A stretch of 64,000 bases of DNA from an uncultured Thermodesulfobacteriota bacterium (GCA_964567185.1 CAZMKZ010000004.1:342-64341); one strand, 5' to 3'. Counted from the first letter of the stretch, positions 26,373 to 35,256 are shown. A program made the numbers and translations. The notes: a model not told the origin generated them from the letters alone.

Positions 26373-27428
26373 TCAGGCCTGTGCAGACAACTTTGCGGCC
26401 TCTATTATAAGGGCGTTTACAATGGCTACCGCCACGGAGCTTCCGCCCTTTCTGCCCCTTGTGGAGATATGCGTGAGCCCCGAAGCCATAAGGCCCTCCT
26501 TTGCATCTTCGGCTCCCACAAAACCAACGGGCACGCCTACTACAAGGGCCGGCCTCGCCTCGCCCGCGTTTACAAGCCGCATCAGCTCCCTGAGGGCCGT
26601 GGGTGCGTTGCCTATGGCGACGATAGCGCCGTCCATGAAGCCCGTTGCCATTCTCATGGCCGTGGCCGTCCTCGTGGCGCCTGTCTTTTTGGCCTCTGCG
26701 GCCACGGCGGGGTCGGCGGAAAAGCACCGCACGTTGCCGCCAAAGGGCCTGAGCCTCCCCTTTGAAATGCCCGACTCCACCATCCTAACATCGGTTATTA
26801 TATCCCGTCCCGATTGTATGGCCTGTATGCCCGCCTCAATGGCCCCGGGGCCAAAGGAGAGGATATCCTTGAACTCAAAGTCCGCCGTGGCGTGTATGAC
26901 ACGCTTTACCACCTCGCGGGCCACGGGAGAAAGGCCCGTAAGGTCCGTCTCGGACTCGATAATCGCGAAGCTCTCACGCTCAATGGGGTGCTGGCCCGTA
27001 ACAACACCGGCAGAGGCGTTTATGCCCCCTCCGCCAATGGTCTCGGTAAGCCTCTGCGCCACGATATCAAGGAGATTTTCATGAAAGCCAAGGTTCTTTG
27101 TTATCCTCATCTTGAGGTCAGGGTACTTCTGACGCGCAAGGTCCATCTCGCCGGGGATGTCCTTTACCACATGGAGGCCGCAGTAAAGAAAATAGGGCAT
27201 CACGGTAATGTCCCTGTAACCCCTCTCAAGAAGCCCCTCAAGGGCCTCGTGGAAGTCAGGTTCGGCGAGCTGTAAAAAGGCCGGCTCCACCACGCCGAAC
27301 CTCTGCAGGTCATGAAGGGCCTTTGCCGTCTCCCTCAGGATATCATTGGCCTCACCCCTTTTACTGCCGTGGCCAAGCAAAAGCACGGCGTGGTCCGCCG
27401 GGGCTCCTTCCTCAAAAATTGCCTTCAT
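26373..27428 (-). CDS. cbiX/cbiC: Fusion of small sirohydrochlorin cobaltochelatase (CbiX) and cobalt-precorrin-8 methylmutase (CbiC)
   Basis: N-terminal half is AVLLLGHGSKRGEANDILRE...VMPYFLYCGLHV (CbiX-small). C-terminal half is HPIERESFAII...VIHATADFEF...AIGNAPTAL...VGVPVGFVGA (CbiC). ATG at 27428 is preceded by AGGAGA. Confidence 0.85.
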   Translation of the reverse strand: MKAIFEEGAPADHAVLLLGHGSKRGEANDILRETAKALHDLQRFGVVEPAFLQLAEPDFHEALEGLLERGYRDITVMPYFLYCGLHVVKDIPGEMDLARQKYPDLKMRITKNLGFHENLLDIVAQRLTETIGGGGINASAGVVTGQHPIERESFAIIESETDLTGLSPVAREVVKRVIHATADFEFKDILSFGPGAIEAGIQAIQSGRDIITDVRMVESGISKGRLRPFGGNVRCFSADPAVAAEAKKTGATRTATAMRMATGFMDGAIVAIGNAPTALRELMRLVNAGEARPALVVGVPVGFVGAEDAKEGLMASGLTHISTRGRKGGSSVAVAIVNALIIEAAKLSAQA

Positions 27429-27589
27429 ATTTATTCTCCTGTGATGAACTTCATGTGCCCTATTTTTTTGCGGACAGGCCGCAACTGCAAGACCTTTTTT
27501 ATCTGATGGGTTTTGCACGGCAACCCCCATCCACAATACTTATACCCTTTTATCATGCCCCCGCCCCCTGCATCCCGCTACCTCCCCAC

Positions 27590-27622
27590 AAAAAAGCCCC
27601 CCCTTCGATAAGAAGGGAGGGC
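27590..27622 (-). terminator. Intrinsic terminator / attenuator downstream of the cobalamin riboswitch
   Basis: Minus-strand RNA reads GCCCUCCCUUC-UUAUC-GAAGGGGGGGC followed by UUUUUU. Confidence 0.75.
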
Positions 27623-27689
27623 TTTTACCTCTTTAAAAGAGGAAAAATTGTATCAGACCCCCCACGTTCTTGACACCGAAGAAGACGTG

Positions 27690-27885
27690 GACCCAGACGG
27701 AAAGGTATCCTGACTCGCGGCTCAACCTACTATCCCCGGCCTTCCCGGCGCTTATAATGAGAAGCGTCAGTGGCCTTTGCGTGGGGATTTCGTCACCGCT
27801 CACAGTGGCGTGCCCGTTCCCGATTCTCCGCTTTTTCGCGAACCACGGGATTCCCTGTATACTCCCCGCAGGGAGCTCCGTATAG
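27690..27885 (-). promoter_or_regulatory. Cobalamin (B12) riboswitch
   Basis: Minus strand reads ...AGGGAAUCCCGUG...AAUCGGGAACGGGCACGCCACUGUGAGCGG...GCCACUGACG...CGGGAAGGCCGG...GAGUCAGGAUACCUUUCC (B12-box-like). It lies upstream of the cbi genes. Confidence 0.8.
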
Positions 27886-27902
27886 GCAATTTATCTAACT
27901 AT

Positions 27903-27931
27903 TACATACACGGCAGGGCCTGACATGTCAA
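27903..27931 (-). promoter_or_regulatory. Candidate promoter TTGACA-17-TATGTA feeding the riboswitch
   Basis: Minus strand has TTGACA (27931-27926), a 17-nt spacer and TATGTA (27908-27903), about 20 nt before the riboswitch. Confidence 0.5.
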
Positions 27932-27957
27932 GGGTTAATTCCGGGGCAAGGGCGGAT

Positions 27958-28752
27958 TTAACGGCCAAGCCTTATGAGTATCTGCGAAAATATGCCTCTC
28001 AGCATATTCACCTCTTTTTCCATGAGGGCCGTTCTGCCAAAGAGTGTGCGAAAGTTTTTCATAATCGCCCGCAGCAGAAATTCTCTTCCCTCGTCGCCGT
28101 AATCAAGGGCGCGGAGTGTCTCTTCCATATGCGCGTACATATTCTCCCTCTCCTCTCTCGGGGCCGCGGTTACTGCCCGCAGGGCCCGCCCGGTCTTGAG
28201 CTCTCTCCCGCCGGGGCTACTGGCCATATAGAGGTAATGAGTAAGCAGGAAGACGGCGTGCGAGAGGTTCAGCGAGGGGTAATCCTCGTGGGTGGGAAGC
28301 TCCACAAAGGCGTCGCAGAGGGCGAGCTCGGTGTTCACAAGCCCGCGGTCCTCACGGCCGAACAGTATGGCCGTGGCGTTCCTCTGGTTCATATCCATTA
28401 TCATGGGCACGGCCTCGGATACGTCAAGGAGCGGCTCACGCTGCTTGCCCGTCCTCCGGGTTGTGCCCATGACAAAGCCGAACTCGCGGACGCAGTCTTT
28501 TAGAGAGTTAAAGACCTGCGCCTCAAGCACAACCCGCCCCGCGTTGCAGGCCCGGCTGAAGCACTCGTCGTTCTTGTACTCGCAGGGGTTTACAAGTACA
28601 AGCCTGCGCAGGCCGTTATTACGCATGGCCCTTGCCGTGGCGCCTATATTGGCAGGCCCTTGCGGCTCCACAAGGACGATGGATATGTCCTGCAGGCTTG
28701 CCGCATCATGGCCGGCCCTGTCTATATTCTTTTTTGTCTTCTGATCGGGCAT
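27958..28752 (-). CDS. trmJ: SpoU/TrmJ-type RNA 2'-O-methyltransferase
   Basis: ISIVLVEPQGPANIGATARAMRNNGLRRLVLVNP and the SPOUT C-terminal knot region LFGREDRGL...SLNLSHAV. ATG at 28752 preferred over the upstream track start at 28806. Confidence 0.75.
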   Translation of the reverse strand: MPDQKTKKNIDRAGHDAASLQDISIVLVEPQGPANIGATARAMRNNGLRRLVLVNPCEYKNDECFSRACNAGRVVLEAQVFNSLKDCVREFGFVMGTTRRTGKQREPLLDVSEAVPMIMDMNQRNATAILFGREDRGLVNTELALCDAFVELPTHEDYPSLNLSHAVFLLTHYLYMASSPGGRELKTGRALRAVTAAPREERENMYAHMEETLRALDYGDEGREFLLRAIMKNFRTLFGRTALMEKEVNMLRGIFSQILIRLGR

Positions 28753-28841
28753 GAGAAGGATTATATCAGAAAGCAGGGCACACTGGAATACCCCATGGAA
28801 AAGCAAAGAACCGCGAAAAGTAGAGAGGCGAAATGGTTAGT

Positions 28842-28870
28842 AGCCCCCCTCCCCAGAGGGGAGGGGGGCT
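28842..28870. terminator. G/C-rich perfect hairpin downstream of the sigma-factor gene
   Basis: AGCCCCCCTCCCC-AGA-GGGGAGGGGGGCT. No U tract. Confidence 0.4.
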
Positions 28871-28937
28871 ATATATATGAAAGGTGCATTGAAGGCGGGT
28901 TTGTGTTGAAGAAGGTTAAAAACCTGTGTGGACTTAT

Positions 28938-29936
28938 TTATACAACATCGCTGAAGCTCATATCGTGGTCTTTGATAATCTTCTTGAGCTTTCCAAGGGC
29001 CTTGACCTCAATCTGTCTCACCCTCTCGCGCGTTACGCCCAGTCTCAGGCCTATTTTTTCAAGTGTCTCTATCTCGCTTCCGTCTATGCCGAAGCGGAAC
29101 TTTATTATTTCGGCCTCATTTGTTTCCAGCAGGGCAAGCCATTCGCGGACCTTGCGCACCCTCTTCTCGCCGTCTATCAACTCCATGGGCGTAGGGGAGG
29201 CCGTGTCTTCAAGCCTCTCAAGGAGGGGCTGCTCAAACTCGCCCGGCAGGGTAGACTCCAGGGAACAGGTCTTTTTTACTATCCTGTCGAGTTTTTTTAC
29301 GTACTTTTCCTTGAGCCCCGTCTTTCCGGAGACCTCTGCCATGAGGGGCTCTCTGCGGAACTCCGCCCTGAGCATACGCCTTGCGCGGGTAATTTTGGCA
29401 AGGTCGTTAGTTACATGTATGGGCAGACGAACCGTATTGGCCTGGTTGGCTATGGCCCTGTCAACGGACTGCCTTATCCAGTACGTGGCGTATGTTGAGA
29501 ACCTGCATCCCTTTACGGACCTGAAGCGCTCCACTGCCTTTATGAGCCCGATATTGCCCTCTTCTATAAGGTCCTGCAAGGGCAGGCCACGGCCTGTAAA
29601 CCTTTTTGCGATATTGATGACCAGCCGGAGGTTTGAGACTATCATCTTTTTTCGCGCCTCCATGTCTCCGGCAGCTATCTTTCCGGCAAGGGCCTTTTCC
29701 TCATGGGCGTTGAGGAGCCCGATGCCCTTGATGCTCTCAAAGTAGATGCTTATGGCATTACTGCCCGTGGTGGTGGCGGCGGTCTTTGCCTTTATCCGGC
29801 TTCCGGCACGGGCCCGTCTCTTAAGGGGTCTCTCAAGGGAAGGCTTCGCCTGTACGGAAGGACGGGGTAAGAGGCAAAAGGCCGCGTCTATCTTATCGTG
29901 ATCCTTTATCTCGCTGATTGAATTAAGAGATATCAT
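28938..29936 (-). CDS. Sigma-70 family RNA polymerase sigma factor (RpoS/group-2-like)
   Basis: Region 2: LVINIAKRFTGRGLPLQDLIEEGNIGLIKAVERF...YATYWIRQSV. Region 4.2: LGVTRERVRQIEVKAL. Confidence 0.85.
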   Translation of the reverse strand: MISLNSISEIKDHDKIDAAFCLLPRPSVQAKPSLERPLKRRARAGSRIKAKTAATTTGSNAISIYFESIKGIGLLNAHEEKALAGKIAAGDMEARKKMIVSNLRLVINIAKRFTGRGLPLQDLIEEGNIGLIKAVERFRSVKGCRFSTYATYWIRQSVDRAIANQANTVRLPIHVTNDLAKITRARRMLRAEFRREPLMAEVSGKTGLKEKYVKKLDRIVKKTCSLESTLPGEFEQPLLERLEDTASPTPMELIDGEKRVRKVREWLALLETNEAEIIKFRFGIDGSEIETLEKIGLRLGVTRERVRQIEVKALGKLKKIIKDHDMSFSDVV

Positions 29937-30056
29937 CTCTCACCCCCCATGCTTACGCTTAAGCTCAGGACCTATTCCTCATCCTTTTTGAGTTACTTAA
30001 CCACGCATTTAAGGTGCCTGTCTGTAATGTATCATACACATCGCGAAAAACCGGCC

Positions 30057-30650
30057 TTAGAGGTGCGCCTTGGCGTATTCCTCAAGACCATCCTGGGTTG
30101 GTTTCATCGAGTCATCGCCTTTTTTCCAGTTCGCCGGGCAGACTTCTCCGTGCTGTTCGGTGAACTCAATGGCATCTATGACCCGGAGGACCTCGTCTAC
30201 GTTTCTGCCTATGGGCAGGTCGTTTACGGTATAACTGCGAAGATTCCCGGCCTTGTCGATAATGAATACACCCCGGAGGGCAACGCCCGCGCACTCGAGA
30301 AGCACGCCGTATTTCGCACTTATGCATTTATTCAGGTCAGATACAAGGGGGTAGCCTATCTCACCGATGCCGCCCTCTTTTCTATCCGTCTTCCTCCACT
30401 TTGCGTGTGAGAACTGACTGTCTACGGAAATGCCGAGGACCTGCGCGTCCCTTGACTTGAACTCCTCTATCCTGTCGCTAAGCGAGACTATCTCTGTAGG
30501 GCAGACAAAGGTAAAATCAAGGGGATAGAAGAAGAGCACCACGTACTTTCCCTTATAATCCGAGAGATTGAGCTCCCCTATGGAGCCATCCTCAAATACC
30601 GCCTGTGCCTTAAAATCTGGAGCCGCTTTCTGAACAAATGCTTCACACAT
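30057..30650 (-). CDS. ahpC: Typical 2-Cys peroxiredoxin
   Basis: KYVVLFFYPLDFTFVCPTE peroxidatic Cys motif and resolving Cys in HGEVCPANW. ATG at 30650 is preceded by GGAGGA. Confidence 0.9.
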   Translation of the reverse strand: MCEAFVQKAAPDFKAQAVFEDGSIGELNLSDYKGKYVVLFFYPLDFTFVCPTEIVSLSDRIEEFKSRDAQVLGISVDSQFSHAKWRKTDRKEGGIGEIGYPLVSDLNKCISAKYGVLLECAGVALRGVFIIDKAGNLRSYTVNDLPIGRNVDEVLRVIDAIEFTEQHGEVCPANWKKGDDSMKPTQDGLEEYAKAHL

Positions 30651-30684
30651 CTTTGTTTCCTCCTGAGTCTTTGTTTGTTGTTTG

Positions 30685-31092
30685 TTATCTGCAGTCGGCG
30701 CAGAGTCCGTAAAAATCAACGTGGTTGCCCTGTACATCAAAGTCATTCAATACCTCTTCCGGCAACTCGAGGGATGCCGAATAATCTGTCATAATATCGT
30801 CAATCCTCCCGCAGGACGTGCACCTTATGTGATGATGGGGGCTCGCGTCGGGGTCGAAGTGCCGCCGCTCAGGGTCTATGTTGATTTCCATGAGCTCCCC
30901 CCTCTCCACAAGTGCCTGAACCGTGTTGTAGACCGTGGCAAAAGAGATTGTGGGATATGACTTCTTAATATCCCGGAAGATATCCTCGGCGCTGGGGTGG
31001 TCCTTGTTGCCGTTAAGGTAATTTAGTATTGCGAGCCTCTGCGGCGTCAGCTTGAACCCCTTGCCCCTGTACTTTTTTACTATCTTTTCCAT
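30685..31092 (-). CDS. perR: Fur-family peroxide-responsive repressor
   Basis: LTPQRLAILNYL...HPSAEDIF, HHHIRCTSCGRIDD and GLCADC (CxxC pairs). Sits directly upstream of ahpC. ATG at 31092 preferred; the track start at 31119 is TTG. Confidence 0.75.
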   Translation of the reverse strand: MEKIVKKYRGKGFKLTPQRLAILNYLNGNKDHPSAEDIFRDIKKSYPTISFATVYNTVQALVERGELMEINIDPERRHFDPDASPHHHIRCTSCGRIDDIMTDYSASLELPEEVLNDFDVQGNHVDFYGLCADCR

Positions 31093-31209
31093 AATGCCTT
31101 CCCGAGTTAACGCAGACAAAACGATTTACTGTTCACCATTCCGGTACCCCTTGCGCCCTGATACCCAAGCCCTTTCATGGGTCCGGTCTTTCGGTGCCCA
31201 CTCAGTCTT

Positions 31210-31279
31210 TTAATGCGTCCGCTCTCTCATCCCCCCTGCATACCCCATAACGTTAATACATCCGCTCTCTCATCCCCCC
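31210..31279. repeat. Two 27-nt direct repeats in the perR leader
   Basis: TTAATGCGTCCGCTCTCTCATCCCCCC (31210-31236) and TTAATACATCCGCTCTCTCATCCCCCC (31253-31279). 25/27 identical, 43-nt period. Confidence 0.9.
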
Positions 31280-31344
31280 GGACTTTAATAGGCTTGCTTT
31301 TTAACCGGCCCACTTTTGAATGGTTATTATCTTTGACTGATTCT

Positions 31345-31372
31345 ATTATAGTAACTATTTTAAGGTTGTCAA
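31345..31372 (-). promoter_or_regulatory. Consensus sigma-70 promoter TTGACA-16-TATAAT with overlapping inverted repeat ATAGT-T-ACTAT (candidate Fur-family operator)
   Basis: Minus strand has TTGACA (31372-31367) and TATAAT (31350-31345). The palindrome at 31348-31358 overlaps the -10 box. Points toward perR-ahpC. Confidence 0.55.
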
Positions 31373-31591
31373 GGAGTTTTTTGCTCCTTACATCAAAAAG
31401 TTTTGAGGGTCACTAAAACAGGGGCAAAGCAGTCTGTCTTGACCGGGGGACTTTATTCATGGTAAGAGTTCAGACTCATGGGGCGCGGCGGGGATTAGTT
31501 GAAGCTAATTAAGATCGGCCCGTTGCAGTGGGGCTGCAACAGACCCTTTTGGGAGAGGATTCAGGATTATTCAATAAAGGAGTGAACTGAA

Positions 31592-32077
31592 ATGTTATTT
31601 ATCATCATGCACGTAACACATCTAATTGCCGTCATACTCTGGATAGGGGGGCTCGCTTTTATCACCACCATGGTCTTTCCCATAATCATCAGGACAAAAG
31701 ACCCGCTTGCCAAGGTCCTGCTCTTTCAGAAGATAGAGCACAGGTTCGCCAAGACGGCGAGGATATACAACCTCATTACAGGGGCCTCGGGCATTATTAT
31801 GGTCCTGCTCATGGGATGGCAGTCCGCGCTCTTCACAAGGGCGGGCATACCGCTGCTTGTTATGGCCCTCATATGGGTCTTATGGTTTATCATGCTCTTC
31901 GGGCTTGAGCCGCTGGTGATAAAAAAGATGCTGGAGCGCATGATGAAGAACAGCGAGAAGATGGATATAGACGCCGTATTCGCCAGGATGAACAGGATGC
32001 ACTGGATACTGCTTGTAATTTCCCTGATCGCCGCTACGGGTGGGGCCATATTCGCGCACGGCGCCCTGATTTTTTAG
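31592..32077 (+). CDS. Four-helix integral membrane protein (CopD-like/unknown family)
   Basis: MLFIIMHVTHLIAVILWIGGLAFITTMVFP... with an AAAGGAG Shine-Dalgarno. No confident family assignment. Confidence 0.55.
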   Translation: MLFIIMHVTHLIAVILWIGGLAFITTMVFPIIIRTKDPLAKVLLFQKIEHRFAKTARIYNLITGASGIIMVLLMGWQSALFTRAGIPLLVMALIWVLWFIMLFGLEPLVIKKMLERMMKNSEKMDIDAVFARMNRMHWILLVISLIAATGGAIFAHGALIF

Positions 32078-32109
32078 GCAATCTCCGGATAAATCAGACC
32101 TTTCCCGGT

Positions 32110-32688
32110 TCACTTAGAGACCTTCCCCCTCTTTAAAGCCAGCCCCTCCATGGCAAGGAGTCCCTCTTTAATTGCCGCGCCTCCGCCGCCGGACCAGCCG
32201 CCGAGGCTTCCGTCGGTGCGGACTACCCTGTGACAGGGAATTACAACGGGTATCATGTTCCTGCCGCAGGCCCCTGCCACGGCCCTGAAGGCGCGGGGCC
32301 TGCCTATGGCCAGGGCTATCTCGGCATAGCTCCTCACCGTGCCCCGTGGTATCTCTCTGATGCTCTCCCATACGCTCCTGTCAAAGTCCGTGCCAAAGAC
32401 CTTTACCTGTACTGTATGAAAATCAGGGGCGTGGCCCGTGAAGTAGCTCTCCAACAGTCTGAAAAGGTCTTTCATGGCAGAGTTTTCGGGACAGTGGCGC
32501 AGTGTGGCTGAAGGGCCGAGCCTCCTGGACAGAAGACGCCGGAAGTCATCTAAGCCGTCGCAAAAAGAGAGGGCAACGAGGAAAGGGCCGTCCATGGCGG
32601 CATATATACGGCCAAGGGGGCAAGCATGGGACGCGAAATTCAAGGGGGCTGATAGCGGGGCCGGGGAGGGGTGCACGGAGCTTCTCAT
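32110..32688 (-). CDS. ogt: Methylated-DNA--protein-cysteine methyltransferase
   Basis: Active site IPCHRVV plus TVRSYAEIALAIGRPRAFRAVAGACGRN. ATG at 32688 chosen; the track ORF extends to a TTG at 32751. Confidence 0.85.
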   Translation of the reverse strand: MRSSVHPSPAPLSAPLNFASHACPLGRIYAAMDGPFLVALSFCDGLDDFRRLLSRRLGPSATLRHCPENSAMKDLFRLLESYFTGHAPDFHTVQVKVFGTDFDRSVWESIREIPRGTVRSYAEIALAIGRPRAFRAVAGACGRNMIPVVIPCHRVVRTDGSLGGWSGGGGAAIKEGLLAMEGLALKRGKVSK

Positions 32689-32884
32689 ATCCGCGGCTCC
32701 ATGCGAGCGGACGAAGAGGGCCTTTTCGAGAGATGGACGGATAGACGGCAAAAGATGGTTTTCAGCTTATAAGGCATGGCCAAAAGAGGTTCAGGGCATG
32801 GGCCGGAAGTTTCAGGTCATGGCCCGGCAAAACATTGTGGGGAGAGGATAACAGCGCATGTAAGAAGGCCATGAGGCCGGGGCC

Positions 32885-34153
32885 TTATCTACGCACCGAG
32901 ATAATGGGCTCGTCTGTGGAAAGCATCCTCACGACATCATTTTTAACGAGGATAAAGTCGGCCTTATCGGCGCCGGCTACGGCCTTGTCGGGGCTGCCCT
33001 TGATATGGAGGGGGTTTATGAGCTTTCTGCCTTTGCGCACCTCGTAATGAAGGTGAGGCCCCGTGGAGATGCCCGTTGAACCCACATAGCCGATAACGTC
33101 GCCCTGCTCGACCCTTGCGCCGCGCCTTATGCCCCTTTTTATCTTCGAGAGATGTCCGTAGCCCGTTGAGTAGCCGTTGCTGTGCTTTATGGCGATAAAA
33201 CGCCCGTAGCCGCGCTTCCACCCGGCAAAGGTAACTTTTCCGCTTCCGGCGGCGTCAACGGGCGTGCCCCGCGGGGCCGCGTAATCTATGCCGTGATGTG
33301 GCCTGTATTTCTTAAGTATGGGGTGATAGCGTCTCTCGGTAAAATAACTGCTGATGCGCCTGTACCTCAAGGGTGATTTCAGGAGCATCCTTCTAAGGGA
33401 CCTGCCCTTGAGGTCATAATAACCGGACCGGCCTCTGCTGTCTTTATAATATATGGCCTTGTAGTCCCTGCCGCCGTTGGCAAGCTCGGCGCCGACTATG
33501 GCGCCGTTTTCCACGAACTCGCCATCAACGTAGACCTGCTCGTAAAGTATGCTGAAGGTATCGCCCTTCCTCATATCCGTGGAAAAATCCACATCCCAGG
33601 CAAAGATATCAGAGAGAGAGACGACAACAGAGGGGGCCACGCCGGCAGACATGGCGGCCTTGTAAAGGGAGCTGTCTATGACGCCTGACGCCTTTTTAAG
33701 GCGGACCTCTCTGGGAAGGGCCTGCCTTGAGGCCGTGAAACCATACTTGGCGTCCGCGTCTTTTTTCAGGACAAGGACATTGTAGGCGTCCATCTTGTAA
33801 AGCACCCTGTCAATGGCCTTGTCAAGGGTAAGGACGCTCACCACGGAACCCCTGCGGAGCGAGGAAAGGTTATAAAAAGGCCGCGCGGCCCGTGTAAGTT
33901 TTTTAATCTCCTGAGGGCTGAGGTCAAAGTTCCTCATAACGCCATAGAAGGTATCAGAGGCGGATATCTTTATATCGTATCTTTCGGGGGTTTGCTGGAC
34001 GGGAGCTTCGACGGAGAGACTCCCGGTCCTATCGCTCTTTTTTGAAGAGGCGTTGGGGCTGAATAAAAAGACAAGTCCCATGATGACGACAAAACCAAGG
34101 GCGAGGGATAGTACGAGCGGCCTTCCGAGTTCCCTTTTATTATGCCTTTTCAA
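32885..34153 (-). CDS. M23-family murein endopeptidase (MepM-like)
   Basis: HHGIDYAAPRGTPV...GYGHLSKI...GSTGISTGPHLHYEV. N-terminal TM anchor. TTG start with GGAGG upstream. Confidence 0.88.
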   Translation of the reverse strand: MKRHNKRELGRPLVLSLALGFVVIMGLVFLFSPNASSKKSDRTGSLSVEAPVQQTPERYDIKISASDTFYGVMRNFDLSPQEIKKLTRAARPFYNLSSLRRGSVVSVLTLDKAIDRVLYKMDAYNVLVLKKDADAKYGFTASRQALPREVRLKKASGVIDSSLYKAAMSAGVAPSVVVSLSDIFAWDVDFSTDMRKGDTFSILYEQVYVDGEFVENGAIVGAELANGGRDYKAIYYKDSRGRSGYYDLKGRSLRRMLLKSPLRYRRISSYFTERRYHPILKKYRPHHGIDYAAPRGTPVDAAGSGKVTFAGWKRGYGRFIAIKHSNGYSTGYGHLSKIKRGIRRGARVEQGDVIGYVGSTGISTGPHLHYEVRKGRKLINPLHIKGSPDKAVAGADKADFILVKNDVVRMLSTDEPIISVRR

Positions 34154-34306
34154 ACGCGCCTCCGTGATATTTTTGCCAATGACCTTGAAATCCAGTCAAT
34201 AATAGTAAATCGCCACGCCCCTGTCAAGGGCCTTCCATAAAAAACATACTCTTTAAAACCGCTTACGTCAGTTACTCAGGTCACATCACGGCAGAGTTAA
34301 AAAGTA

Positions 34307-34320
34307 TTTACTCTTACGGC
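34307..34320 (+). promoter_or_regulatory. Shared upstream motif TTTACTCTTACGGC (copy 1)
   Basis: The exact 14-mer recurs at 35587-35600. A second shared block GGCCTTCCAT(A/G)AAAAAC lies 78 nt upstream here and 87 nt upstream of copy 2. Confidence 0.5.
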
Positions 34321-34377
34321 TGAACTATGTTAGGCTGTATTCGGATCATTATACGTATTTTACAATGGAGGATTCAC

Positions 34378-35256
34378 ATGAAATCACTTCTCAGCTTCCT
34401 TGCCGTCTTGTTCTTATTCGCCACTACTGCTTTTGCCCAGCCCACCCGTGTTATTATAATCGGCTGGGACGGCGCGGATTACGATACGCTACGTCCAATG
34501 TACGATGCCGGAGAGTTGCCGAACCTGGCCGCCCTGGGGAGTCTCTCAACCATGTATATCTCGGGCATCACAAGCACCAAGCCTTCCTGGGCAAAAATTT
34601 TTACGGGGTTGAGTTCCGAACAGACAGGGGTCTGGACCGGTGAAGTCTTCAATGCCATCCCCCCGGGGCTGACCATCTTCGAGAGGCTTAAAACAGACCT
34701 GGGAACGTATAATATCTTCATAGCGGGAAAAAAACACAACCTCGGCATCATGAACGACGAACCCTTTGCTAACGCGGTCTGGTCTTTTGACGCCTATAGC
34801 GTTGATAAACAGGACAAATCCGTAGTATACACCACCGCCAAGGCGTTCTTAAGGGACTACTACCTCAATAACTCTCAAAAGCCCCTGCTGGCCTTTGTGC
34901 ACACCGGGGAGCCGGACTACCAGGGCCATCAATTCGGCGTGGACTCTCCGGAGTACGCCGCAGAGGTGAGGGGGCTGGATGTCTTTCTCGGAGACTTGCA
35001 GAGCTACATAACCCAGCTTGGAATGACCAACACCTATATAATGGTCATGTCAGACCACGGCTTCAACCATCTTACCGTGCCCTATCCTCTGCCCAAGGGC
35101 AAAGGCCTGCAGAACACACATCACGCCGATGCCCCTTTTGGGATAATAGTCAGCAACTTTCAGGCATTCACCTATGGCTTCAATAATATGGAGATGACCA
35201 AGTTGATACTGAAGTTGTTCGGCACCCCGCCGCTAAAGGCCCTGAAAAGCCATTAG
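34378..35256 (+). CDS. Secreted alkaline-phosphatase-superfamily nucleotide pyrophosphatase/phosphodiesterase (NPP type)
   Basis: Signal peptide MKSLLSFLAVLFLFATTAFA. Motifs IIGWDGADYDT, HTGEPDYQGHQFG and VMSDHGF. GGAGGA Shine-Dalgarno before the ATG at 34378. Confidence 0.75.
   Translation: MKSLLSFLAVLFLFATTAFAQPTRVIIIGWDGADYDTLRPMYDAGELPNLAALGSLSTMYISGITSTKPSWAKIFTGLSSEQTGVWTGEVFNAIPPGLTIFERLKTDLGTYNIFIAGKKHNLGIMNDEPFANAVWSFDAYSVDKQDKSVVYTTAKAFLRDYYLNNSQKPLLAFVHTGEPDYQGHQFGVDSPEYAAEVRGLDVFLGDLQSYITQLGMTNTYIMVMSDHGFNHLTVPYPLPKGKGLQNTHHADAPFGIIVSNFQAFTYGFNNMEMTKLILKLFGTPPLKALKSH

Noticed and set aside
27431-27556. 41-codon minus-strand ORF (MIKGYKYCGWGLPCK...) in the spacer between the riboswitch terminator and cbiX/C
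   Set aside because: No Shine-Dalgarno and no recognisable peptide features. It is most simply untranslated leader.
28660-29745. 361-aa plus-strand ORF opposite the sigma-factor gene
   Set aside because: It is antisense to a gene with unmistakable sigma-70 regions 2 and 4. The translation is Ser/Leu/Arg-rich, has no motifs, and lacks a Shine-Dalgarno.
31177-31416. 79-aa plus-strand ORF across the perR leader repeats
   Set aside because: Its apparent internal repetition (RPLSHPP/ALSSPR) simply mirrors the DNA direct repeats. It has no Shine-Dalgarno, and it lies downstream of a consensus promoter that points the other way.
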